Below, piece after piece: positions 27,509 to 35,291 of a stretch of 62,247 nt of DNA (positions are counted from its first letter, which is position 1; the number at the start of each line of letters is the position of its first letter). The stretch comes from a virus (taxonomy: Duplodnaviria > Caudoviricetes), in the IMG/VR virus record IMGVR_UViG_3300005573_000098, positions 1-62,247 of that record, one strand, 5' to 3'. The position numbers and the translations under genes are program-made. The notes under the pieces were generated by a model that ran no database searches, was not told the DNA's origin, and saw nothing but the letters and a program-made list of their open reading frames with translations.

Positions 27509-28303
27509 ATGGAATGGGTGAAAGACAGCGGAGGCGAAGGAAAGAGTGTCTCAATCTATTCGATCGTAGAAAGCATATCAGGAGAGGTCTCTTTCGTTCC
27601 ACAAGGAACAAAAACACTCATCATTAGACTTGCAGGATGCAATTTGAGATGTTCTTATTGCGACACAAAAAAGGCATTGATAAAAGCGTCTGGAATGGAA
27701 GTTGAAACAAGCAAAGTAGCAAATAGGATAATTGATTATCTCCACGATAAGAGCATCTATCATGTGCTGATTACAGGCGGAGAACCGCTGATTCAGAGAT
27801 CGGCAGTCGATAAGATCTGTAAGTTGATTCTCAGGAAAAGCAAGGACAGGCTCATCACAATTGAAACGAACGGATCTCAACAACCTCTGCTATTGTCCGA
27901 AATTAGCAACAGGATATGCACAGTATTTGACTACAAACTTCCATCGTCTCTCCAAGAATGGAAAGGAGCAAATTTGCCATATATATTTTTCACACTTCCA
28001 AAGCATTCGTTTGTCAAATTTGTCTGCAAAGATGCTACGGACCTGGCCGTTGCCAAGGACGCGATGAAGAAGATAAGACTGAAAGAGGAGAAAAAAGCAA
28101 GGAAAAACAGAGTCAAGTTTGCTCTTTCTCCCGTATTTAAAGATGGAAGTCCAGATAGACTTTTTTTGAGAAGGTTGCTGGACGAGGTCTTGAAAATTCA
28201 AGATGGAGAAATGATCTTGAATTTACAAATACACAAATATATTTATGATCAATATAAAACCGAAGAAAGCGAATCCAGAAACCTCCTGAAGCGCTTTATC
28301 TAG
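27509..28303 (+). CDS. queE: 7-carboxy-7-deazaguanine synthase (radical SAM)
   Basis: SISGE, RLAGCNLRCSYCDT, ITGGEP, IETNG and LQIHK motifs. Confidence 0.93.
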   Translation: MEWVKDSGGEGKSVSIYSIVESISGEVSFVPQGTKTLIIRLAGCNLRCSYCDTKKALIKASGMEVETSKVANRIIDYLHDKSIYHVLITGGEPLIQRSAVDKICKLILRKSKDRLITIETNGSQQPLLLSEISNRICTVFDYKLPSSLQEWKGANLPYIFFTLPKHSFVKFVCKDATDLAVAKDAMKKIRLKEEKKARKNRVKFALSPVFKDGSPDRLFLRRLLDEVLKIQDGEMILNLQIHKYIYDQYKTEESESRNLLKRFI

Positions 28304-28433
28304 ACAAAGAAAATCAACTTATTCGCGAGTTTTTGCGTTTTGAAAAAACACTTGATTTACTATTTTTCTATAATTTCATCCTAACCTATTGAAATTATTG
28401 ATGAATTTTTTTTACTTTTCAATCATTTTTTTC

Positions 28434-28462
28434 TTGACTTTCTTTTCCGTCTTTTGTATATT
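28434..28462 (+). promoter_or_regulatory. Sigma70-like promoter for the GC-rich island
   Basis: TTGACT-17 nt-TATATT in the AT-rich gap, then a GAGGAG RBS before ATG 28501. Confidence 0.65.
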
Positions 28463-28500
28463 GTAACCAAAAAAGAGGACATCTAGAGAGGAGACGGAAA

Positions 28501-30468
28501 ATGAAAGCAATGAAAGCATTGAAGATTGCGAATTCGCTCGGGGCTGCCATTGACAAGGGCTTTCTCCTGATCAATGCCATCGATCAGGAGAAAGCCCTTT
28601 TTCTTTCCCGTTGGTTTCATTTTGCCCAGCGGGAAAGAGATATTGATGAGACCTTGGCAGAGATCCGAGAAGGGTCTCTGCCGCCGAGGACGATCATTTT
28701 CGCCTCGGCAGAAATTATCGACGCGGAGGATGACAGAGACCGGCATTTTATAGGCATCACCGATGCCTGCCTAGAGAAGATCTGGGACATTGTCCCAGAT
28801 CTTGATGACAGGGAAGAGATCGAGGAAATTAGCTCCTCGATCTATCTCGAGATCGACACCAACGAAGGGCCGGCGTGGAAATGGGTTGGATCCACATTTC
28901 GCTGTGGGTCCAATTATTCCTTCGTGACGAGCATCGACGTCGAAACGCTCGAAAAAGATGTCTTCGAGCGTCTGTTTTGGTTGCTCGAAAATGAAGGATT
29001 CCTCCGGCCCATCAGCGACGGGAATCCGGAGGAGCTCCTTCGGGCCGTGAGCCCGTGGATTGTGGAGCACGCTCAGCTCACCGAACGATCGTCCATCATA
29101 ATCAACACGATCGTCCGGCCTGCTCCGCTCACCCTTATCACAGCTTCAAGATTTTTGCCTCGCGGGCAACGCGAGATCATCCTGTCTAGTGATTTCCTTC
29201 CAATACTGCGATGGGATGAGTGGTCAGTCGACTTCGACGAAATGATCGAGTCGGTCCCAATCGCGACCGTTTGGGCCGAGCGCCCAGATGGGTCCAGAAA
29301 GTGGATTTGCTCTGTTGCGACCGACTCACAGGTAGTCACTATGCCATACCTTATAGGCGACGTGGAACACGTTGCTTACTGGATGACCAAGCTTTTTTGT
29401 AAGTTGGAAGAGCTTGGCGTTCTGGCCCCTCTTTCCGAGTGGTCCGGAAAAATCTGCAAGCCGGCCATCGAGGTCTCCCTCGGCGGAGACCCTGAATTTG
29501 AGCTCCTCAAAGATGGCCGGCTCATCGAGGCAAGAGAGACGGAGTACTCGTCTCTCGGAGAGGCGATAGGGCGAGATGGAGCGGGTTATCAGATCGAGCT
29601 CCGTCCTGAGCCGAGCACCAACCCACAGGAGCTCGTCCGCAACATCCGAAGCTTGTTGCGGGAGCTGTATAGCAATGGATATGACGTCTCCGCGACCGGA
29701 GACATCCATCCGCTCGGAGGTCATATCCACTTTGGCCTGTCAATCCGGCCAGAGGATGTCGAGGTCTATGTTGAGGCTCTCGACGATTTCATCGGGCGCC
29801 CAACCCAGATTCTCTCCGGAAAGGCTCGGCAGAACTCCGAATACGGGCGGCTCGGAGATTATCGGCTCCAGCCGCATGGATTTGAGTATCGGACCGTCCC
29901 CACGGCAGTTTGGAGCCATCCTCGGATGGCTCAGATCACGTTGACGATGGCCAAGGCTCTTGTCCAGAGTCTGGCCAATGGAAAGGTCCTCGAGTACAAC
30001 GAGGAGCCGACGGTCGAGGATTATGTTCGATTGACAGGCGTCGGCGAAAAAGATGTCCGATTTTTCTTGGGGTTTTGTAAAAAAACCCTTCACAGAAAAT
30101 TCACTGTCGCCGCCGCGTGGAAGCTCGACATCGATGAATCGCCTGCCACGGCAGTTAAGTTGGCGGCGGGATCCGTCTTTGAGCCGTGGGCAATGGATGA
30201 GGTCCGGACTGTCTTCCAAGACGTCCGGCTTATGTCGAGGATCTTGCTTTTTGGTCTTTCCGAGCAGCGTGGAAATGTTTTCAATTTCCCTTGCTCGCTG
30301 GGGAAGACAATAAAGTTCTGCGGTGAGTGGAACCCATACACATCGTATGGGTTTTCCTGGGAAAGTAGGAGAGATCGGGGCCTGTTCAGGAAAGCGCTTG
30401 AGGATTTGAAGGCCCATCTCCTTAAAACGAAAGTGGCGATCAGCATCAAAAGAAGAAAGGAGAGCTAA
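28501..30468 (+). CDS. COOH-NH2 ligase-type (phiEco32-like) amidoligase with unknown N-terminal half
   Basis: LGGDPEFEL, IGRDG, ELRPEP, GGHIHFG, YG..GDYR and GFEYRT motifs. Confidence 0.8.
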   Translation: MKAMKALKIANSLGAAIDKGFLLINAIDQEKALFLSRWFHFAQRERDIDETLAEIREGSLPPRTIIFASAEIIDAEDDRDRHFIGITDACLEKIWDIVPDLDDREEIEEISSSIYLEIDTNEGPAWKWVGSTFRCGSNYSFVTSIDVETLEKDVFERLFWLLENEGFLRPISDGNPEELLRAVSPWIVEHAQLTERSSIIINTIVRPAPLTLITASRFLPRGQREIILSSDFLPILRWDEWSVDFDEMIESVPIATVWAERPDGSRKWICSVATDSQVVTMPYLIGDVEHVAYWMTKLFCKLEELGVLAPLSEWSGKICKPAIEVSLGGDPEFELLKDGRLIEARETEYSSLGEAIGRDGAGYQIELRPEPSTNPQELVRNIRSLLRELYSNGYDVSATGDIHPLGGHIHFGLSIRPEDVEVYVEALDDFIGRPTQILSGKARQNSEYGRLGDYRLQPHGFEYRTVPTAVWSHPRMAQITLTMAKALVQSLANGKVLEYNEEPTVEDYVRLTGVGEKDVRFFLGFCKKTLHRKFTVAAAWKLDIDESPATAVKLAAGSVFEPWAMDEVRTVFQDVRLMSRILLFGLSEQRGNVFNFPCSLGKTIKFCGEWNPYTSYGFSWESRRDRGLFRKALEDLKAHLLKTKVAISIKRRKES

Positions 30469-30699
30469 ATGCAGAAGATCGTTGTCCCTCACTTCATTGA
30501 CAGTTTCCAACAAATTGAGATCGCGAAGGTCGTCCTTCGCGATTTGCTCCAAATTTACTCTTATGATGAGAAAACAAAGCAGACGTTGGAGTCTGCTCTG
30601 GAAGTGGTTTCTCGGCATCGGGATTATCTCGTTGCCGACGAGATCGAAAGAAGGACTCCGTATAGGGAGGAAAAGGAAGATGGCTTGGGAAGCCGATAG
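30469..30699 (+). CDS. Hypothetical protein
   Basis: AAGGAG RBS, ATG immediately after the upstream stop; 76 aa. Confidence 0.55.
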   Translation: MQKIVVPHFIDSFQQIEIAKVVLRDLLQIYSYDEKTKQTLESALEVVSRHRDYLVADEIERRTPYREEKEDGLGSR

Positions 30700-31268
30700 C
30701 ACTCTCGTTGCTATGGCGGAGGAAATGGCTTCTGTCCATAGCAAAAAGGTCGACTTGCTGGTTAGTCGAGTCGGCCAATGGTTGGCTACTCCTGAAGGAT
30801 GGGCTGCTCATCCCAAAGTTTGTGAACATATGGAGACTTTCTTTTATGCGGCAGGGACGTTGTTCTTCCTCGAAAGGGTTCCTGTTCGCAAGTTTGGCAG
30901 CGACTTTGGTCCGGTATGTGACCATGTCCTCGAAATGGTTTTTGTGGATCTTCATCTTCGGAGCTTGCCAAAAAAAATTAGGCAAAAGTTTCCGAGCGTT
31001 GAAGTTTGCTTACGACAAGGCCACGTTGACAGAAGAGATTCTGGATTATTTTGCAACGAGAGATGCAGCAGAGATTATTCTGAGTGGCAGAGTTGCGGGC
31101 TGCTCTGCTCCTGTTTCCACCACGGCTCTTACGTTTTTAAAAAATGTCGATGAGAAGTTGTTGGTCTTGTTGAAAAAGAATCCCGTTCCGGCGGAGGTCA
31201 AGGAAAGAAGCGTTCTTTCCTGGGCCAGTCCGGCTAGGAGATCAGCATTTTGGTGGTATAACTATTAG
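30680..31268 (+). CDS. Hypothetical protein apparently interrupted by a frameshift near the A8 run at 30970-30977
   Basis: Good RBS and ATG at 30680 (MAWEADS...). Removing one A fuses ...LRSLPKK to LGKSFRALKFAYD..., which stops at 31268 next to the following RBS. Confidence 0.5.
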
Positions 31269-31277
31269 GAGGTTAAT

Positions 31278-31898
31278 ATGTGTATCATTGGCGTTCTCTA
31301 CAACAGAAGGCCATCCACGGAAGAATTAAACAACTGTATCTTCGAGAACTCGCACGGAGCGGGACTGGCATGGATTGAGAAAAATCATGTTAGATGGACG
31401 AAAGGATTAAAAACCATAAATGAGGTTCAAAAAGCCCTTTCACAGATCCCACTTCCCGCCATCTTTCACGCAAGAACGGCTTCCGCAGGAAGTGTTCTTC
31501 CTGAACTTTGCCATCCTTTTCCGCTCGAACCTGACATTCCACTTGCAACATCTGGAAAAACGAGCAAGGGAGTGTTGTTTCACAACGGGCATTGGAGCGG
31601 CTGGGAGATTGCCTGCAACCTTCTTGCTGAGACTAATGGGTGGCCTTTGCTTAAGGGACCGGCGAGCGATACCAGATACATTGCTTGGTTAGTTGTCAAC
31701 GCGAAGAATGCAAGCATTTTGAAAAAGCTAGAAGCAAAAATTGTGATCCTAAGTCCGAAAGGACCAGTCATCTTCGGAGATGGCTGGATTAAAGATCGAG
31801 GGGTCCTTTGGTCAAATTATGGATACAAGGGAGGTGCATATCAATGGGCAAAAGAGAGATGGAACCTGTTATCAGGTGGAAAAGGATTTTGGAAGTAA
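31278..31898 (+). CDS. Class II (Ntn) glutamine amidotransferase
   Basis: N-terminal MC nucleophile, HGAG, HARTAS, CHPF, FHNG and SDT motifs. Confidence 0.88.
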   Translation: MCIIGVLYNRRPSTEELNNCIFENSHGAGLAWIEKNHVRWTKGLKTINEVQKALSQIPLPAIFHARTASAGSVLPELCHPFPLEPDIPLATSGKTSKGVLFHNGHWSGWEIACNLLAETNGWPLLKGPASDTRYIAWLVVNAKNASILKKLEAKIVILSPKGPVIFGDGWIKDRGVLWSNYGYKGGAYQWAKERWNLLSGGKGFWK

Positions 31899-32197
31899 CA
31901 AAGAAAATTTCCGGTCGAGATATAGCATTTTACTTAACTAGCAAACATACAGGATACCGTGGAGCATTGATTCATGATGACGAGGGAAAGACCATTATTT
32001 ATATGGACCTTTTAACAAATAAAAGCGAGGAAGATGTTATTGAGACGGTGTCGCACGAAGTAGCGCATTTATTGGTGAGAACGTCAGACCATTCTTTGGA
32101 GTGGTCTGAAAAGATGAAGGAAGTAAGAAAACAATTTATGGAAGAAATGCAACAGGGACAGGGAAGAAAAAACAAGGAAGAGGAGGGACTGCAATGA
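31889..32197 (+). CDS. Small SprT-like zinc metallopeptidase domain protein
   Basis: TVSHEVAHL...DHSLEW (HExxH plus a third His). The start codon is uncertain. Confidence 0.6.
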   Translation: MEVTKKISGRDIAFYLTSKHTGYRGALIHDDEGKTIIYMDLLTNKSEEDVIETVSHEVAHLLVRTSDHSLEWSEKMKEVRKQFMEEMQQGQGRKNKEEEGLQ

Positions 32198-33168
32198 GAA
32201 ATGAAAGCGAAGAAATCGAGTTCGATGATGGATCCAAAATCTCGGCAGAAAAAGGGAAAGTTTTTTGTGTCATGTGTCCGAAATGCGGAGCAAAAATTGA
32301 GACAGATGCAACAGCCGTATCGTTAAATTATGGCATTGCCCTGAAAAGGGCCGTGAAACTTACTGATGACGGCTTTAAAGCCTTATTGCTAAGAAAGGGA
32401 TGTGTGTTCTGCAAATCCGACAAAGCAAGAAGAAAGGAGGAAAGCGAAATGGCAAGAAGAGAAAAGAAGTCCAAAGTCGAAGAAGAGAAAGTCAAAGCCG
32501 AAATCCAGGACGAAGAAACCGAAATCCAGGACGAGGACGAAGAAACCGAAATCCAGGACGAGGACGAAGAAATCGAAATCGAGGACGAGGAAGACGAGGA
32601 AGACGAGGAAGATGAAGAAGAGGAAGACGAGGAAGACGAGGAAGACGAGGAAGATGAAGAAGAGGAAGACGAAGACGAGGAAGACGAGGAAGACGAGGAA
32701 GATGAAGAAGAGGAAGACGAAGACGAGGAAGACGAGGAAGATGAAGAAGAGGAAGACGAAGACGAGGAAGATGAAGACGAGGAAGATGAAGAAGAGGAAG
32801 ACGAAGACGAGGAAGATGAAGAAGACAATAAGAAGGGAAAGCGCAAAGGAAGGAAAAAAGTAATGACAAGAACAGCAAAGACCACCAAGGAGAAAGCAGA
32901 AAAACAGAGAAAGATTTCCGACAAACAAAAGAAGACTGAAGCTAAAGCAAAGGAGGGCAAGCCTGGAGTCGTTAAAACAATCTTCGAGTCGCTTAAGCAA
33001 AGAGCATTGGCCAAAAACGAGATCTTGGAAATCCTGGTTAAGAAATTTCCGAGCAGAGACCCATCGAAAATGAAAAACACGATTAGCACTCAGCTAGCTA
33101 ACGCAAAAAGGAACGGAATACTCTACAAGAGGAGCGACGGTAAATTTTGTTTGACGCAGAAAAAATAG
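32194..33168 (+). CDS. Hyper-acidic tract protein: Zn ribbon, poly-D/E, basic linker and winged-helix-like C-terminus
   Basis: CPKC...CVFC, 82 consecutive D/E codons, [10 protein letters not shown] and [16 protein letters not shown]...; internal AAAGGAGG-ATG at 32449. Confidence 0.75.
   Translation: MRNESEEIEFDDGSKISAEKGKVFCVMCPKCGAKIETDATAVSLNYGIALKRAVKLTDDGFKALLLRKGCVFCKSDKARRKEESEMARREKKSKVEEEKVKAEIQDEETEIQDEDEETEIQDEDEEIEIEDEEDEEDEEDEEEEDEEDEEDEEDEEEEDEDEEDEEDEEDEEEEDEDEEDEEDEEEEDEDEEDEDEEDEEEEDEDEEDEEDNKKGKRKGRKKVMTRTAKTTKEKAEKQRKISDKQKKTEAKAKEGKPGVVKTIFESLKQRALAKNEILEILVKKFPSRDPSKMKNTISTQLANAKRNGILYKRSDGKFCLTQKK
32497..32826 (+). repeat. GAR/GAY low-complexity tandem repeat encoding the acidic tract
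   Basis: Recurring gaggaagac and gaggaagatgaagaa units, preceded by three copies of ccgaaatccaggacga. Confidence 0.9.
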
Positions 33169-33174
33169 GAATGA

Positions 33175-33234
33175 AGCGAATAGCAGAGAGCGAGCAAAGA
33201 AGGCCATTTTGCCGTTCGCTCTCTGCTATTCGCT
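33175..33234 (+). promoter_or_regulatory. Intergenic hairpin with a perfect 19-bp stem
   Basis: agcgaatagcagagagcga / tcgctctctgctattcgct; no U-tract; lies just before the clamp RBS. Confidence 0.7.
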
Positions 33235-33252
33235 AACGAGGAGAAAGCAAAG

Positions 33253-34320
33253 ATGATTTATGTATACGAAGCCTTTAGCCCAGAATCGATCTGCTACGTA
33301 ACAAAGCATGGAGCGGTAATAGCAGACGATTACTCACGTGCAAAGTTTTCTTTTCCCAGTCATGTCAAAGGAATGGAAAAGATCGAGGGCGGGATTTCGT
33401 TCAAGATGATAAAATACGTTCTATCAGTTGAAAACGACGAGCTTCAATCCGAAATTTCAGAGAACGCGCTCCATATATTTTCTCAAAATAAAGACAAGCA
33501 CGCATCTTTTGCTTATATTGAAAATGTTCCAAAACATATATCGAAATATGCAAAGAGCCTTTCAAAGTCAAAACTTACCTGGATCAAGGAAGAGGCTGCA
33601 AAGGATCTTGTCGAAGGATTGACCACCTGCGTAGATTCAGCGTCGGAAAGTCTTTACTATCCATCTTTAGCTTACCTAGCAATAAGAGGACGTAAGATTT
33701 ATGGCTCTGACGGAAAACAATTGTCAATATATACCCTGGACGAAGAATTTCAATGCGACAAAAAAGAGGTTTTGCTTCATTCCTTCGCAACAAAAAAACT
33801 GCAGCACCTGAAAAAAGAAGGAATAGCAGGATACGCCGTAAGCGGCAGCGAAGTCCACTTTCTTTCAAATGACGGAGTCATTATGAGCTTGAGAATGGGA
33901 GAAGCAGAGTATCCTGACATAGAAACTCTTTTAAAGCTCAACGAAAAAGGAAATGAAGTTACCATCCAATTTAGCCAAGGCTTCATGCTCACCCTAGAGC
34001 GATTGATGGTAGTTTCGCCCGAAGCTATCTGCGTTGAAATCGTGAAAAGAAAGGAAAAAGGAAAACAAGTGGAAATGACAATGCTAGCGACCAACAAGCT
34101 CAACGAAAGAGTAATGGAAAAGTTAGTAGTGCAAGGTATGGCAAAGGATAACTTTGATCTCAGGATCATCAAGTTTAAAGTTTCAGCGGACATACTTTAT
34201 AAGCTGCTGAAGAATGCTAATTCGTTCACTATTGAAATTGGATCGAATTTGCTGAAGCTGAGTGGCAAAAAGGGCGATGATAAAGTAGAGCATTACATTG
34301 CTAAAGAGGAGGCAGAGTGA
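33253..34320 (+). CDS. dnaN: DNA polymerase III beta-subunit-like sliding clamp
   Basis: 355 aa; YPSLAYLAI...YGSDGKQL resembles the ATDG.RL motif, and EYPDIETL is present. A clamp loader gene is nearby. Confidence 0.6.
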   Translation: MIYVYEAFSPESICYVTKHGAVIADDYSRAKFSFPSHVKGMEKIEGGISFKMIKYVLSVENDELQSEISENALHIFSQNKDKHASFAYIENVPKHISKYAKSLSKSKLTWIKEEAAKDLVEGLTTCVDSASESLYYPSLAYLAIRGRKIYGSDGKQLSIYTLDEEFQCDKKEVLLHSFATKKLQHLKKEGIAGYAVSGSEVHFLSNDGVIMSLRMGEAEYPDIETLLKLNEKGNEVTIQFSQGFMLTLERLMVVSPEAICVEIVKRKEKGKQVEMTMLATNKLNERVMEKLVVQGMAKDNFDLRIIKFKVSADILYKLLKNANSFTIEIGSNLLKLSGKKGDDKVEHYIAKEEAE

Positions 34321-35280
34321 ATGAGAAAACAGTATACAGCGGAAGAGTTCATCAAGGATGCTAAAAAACTTGGAGACATTATAGCAGATTTTCTTTCAGC
34401 GGACAAAACCGCATATGAAGGCATCTATGGAGTGCCTAGAGGGGGCTGTTGCCTCGCAACTTATTTGTCCCAAAAACTGAAGATTCCTCTTGTAAGTGAC
34501 ATAAAAAACAGAAATGACATATTGGTGGTCGATGACATCATCGATAGTGGAAAAACGAGGAAGCGATTTGAAGGAAAAGATTTCGCAGTGATACATTGCA
34601 AAGCTGATCCAAACAGGCTTAACAGCATTCGAGGAAGGACATATTTTGTTCACAAAATAGACTCAAGCGTTTGGGTTGATTACTTTTGGGAACAAGGAAC
34701 CATATCAACAGCAGAAGAAATAATTACAAGGCAGATTGAGCTTATCGGAGATAATCCGAATCGAAAAGGGCTAATTGACACGCCAAGAAGAGTTGCCAAG
34801 GCATGGAAGGAAATGTTTAGTGGATATTCAATAAATCCTTCAACTTTATTCACAAGTTTTGACGCTGAAAGATATGATCAAATTGTGGTAGTTAAAGACA
34901 TCGATTTCTTTTCAACTTGTGAGCATCATCTTCTTCCGTTTTTGGGAAGAGCTCATGTTGCTTATATTCCTAACAAACAAATAATAGGAGCTTCGAAAAT
35001 TCCGAGGCTTGTTGAAGCATTTTCTAGAAGATTGCAAATACAAGAAAGACTTGGAGATCAGATAGTTGAAAGTTTAATGCGTAACCTAAAACCAAAAGGG
35101 GCTGCTTGCATTCTTGAAGCTCATCATCTTTGTATGATGCTGAGAGGCATCAAGAAGAAGCCTGTCATGATAACGTCAAGCATGAAAGGCATTTTTTTGG
35201 AAAACAGCGATAAAGGGAGAGCCGCAAGACAAGAGCTAATGGCAATTATTTCAGCTAAGAGTATCAAACAATACAGCTAA
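34321..35280 (+). CDS. folE: Type I phosphoribosyltransferase fused to GTP cyclohydrolase I
   Basis: N-terminal YGVPRGG and LVVDDIIDSGKT (PRPP-binding loop); C-terminal DTPRRVA, CEHHLLPF, LQIQERL and HLCMMLRG. Confidence 0.92.
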   Translation: MRKQYTAEEFIKDAKKLGDIIADFLSADKTAYEGIYGVPRGGCCLATYLSQKLKIPLVSDIKNRNDILVVDDIIDSGKTRKRFEGKDFAVIHCKADPNRLNSIRGRTYFVHKIDSSVWVDYFWEQGTISTAEEIITRQIELIGDNPNRKGLIDTPRRVAKAWKEMFSGYSINPSTLFTSFDAERYDQIVVVKDIDFFSTCEHHLLPFLGRAHVAYIPNKQIIGASKIPRLVEAFSRRLQIQERLGDQIVESLMRNLKPKGAACILEAHHLCMMLRGIKKKPVMITSSMKGIFLENSDKGRAARQELMAIISAKSIKQYS

Positions 35281-35291
35281 GGCGAATAACA

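Noticed and set aside
22224-28500. tRNA or other known ncRNA genes in the larger intergenic gaps
   Set aside because: No cloverleaf or T-loop (GTTCGA) context was recognised by eye; a tRNAscan-SE or Infernal run would settle it.
28771-30985. Long antisense ORFs such as 29740-30744
   Set aside because: They lie opposite the motif-bearing amidoligase in GC-rich DNA, where stop codons are scarce.
32328-33089. Poly-Ser, Phe/Leu/Val-rich and Lys/Arg/Thr-rich ORFs in other frames
   Set aside because: They are shadows of the stop-free GAR/GAY repeat. Only the D/E frame has RBSs and plausible flanking domains.
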